Shown piece after piece: positions 63,770-64,000 of a DNA stretch of 64,000 nucleotides. A model generated the notes under the pieces. That model was not told the DNA's origin. It worked only from the letters and a program-made list of their open reading frames with translations, and ran no database searches. The stretch's first letter is position 1, and each line of letters begins with the position of its first letter. Source of the DNA: Eledone cirrhosa (taxonomy: Eukaryota); NCBI GenBank assembly GCA_964016885.1, contig OZ024742.1, positions 352,842,001 through 352,906,000 on the forward strand, given 5' to 3'. Position numbers and translations under genes: made by a program.

Positions 63770-64000
63770 CTTCAAGGGTACCAAAACTCTTTGGTACGCT
63801 TTCTTCAGATAAAATACAAAATTTGTTTTATAAATAGAGACATACCCAGGAAAATCATACCTTATCAGTTGGATATTCTCTGGATAGTGGAAATGTATTA
63901 GGGATTTTTCAAACTTATGGTTGAATATGCAAGTGAATATGTAAATGATTGAAAAACAACCGTTTACTTAAACGACTACGGAGAGAAAGAAGAGAGAAGA
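63770..64000 (-). mobile_element. Further Naiad-like pLTR arm running off the window
   Basis: Homologous to 58923-59100, with a CTGAAGA hammerhead core at 63802-63808. Confidence 0.7.

Overview
Eukaryotic, gene-free, repeat-dense window. It is probably from an octopod cephalopod, inferred only from a tRNA-headed SINE at about 63.3 kb that resembles octopus SINEs as I recall them. The left part (1 to about 36.7 kb) is a nested cluster of site-preferring non-LTR retrotransposons joined through (TAA)n. It holds R4/Dong-clade families A, B and C plus a further fragment, including one intact 1216-aa A ORF and a full-length B copy with a single nonsense codon. Tx1-clade (L1 group) elements always sit antiparallel to them. 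The right part (36.7-64 kb) holds decayed Penelope-like elements (PLEs) with direct and inverted pseudo-LTRs abutting (TA)n, many hammerhead-ribozyme cores on several unrelated scaffolds, a thrice-repeated non-coding composite unit, and microsatellites. Most notable: (i) the divergent Dong families A and B share a homologous 5' leader with a conserved GTAAGT; (ii) they share a compensatory 3' stem-loop; (iii) a Tx1 family inserts into the ATT strand of Dong (TAA)n tails, with a 15-bp TSD visible once; (iv) there are orphan hammerhead modules. No host protein-coding gene is evident. All alignments and folds were done by eye, so boundaries are approximate.
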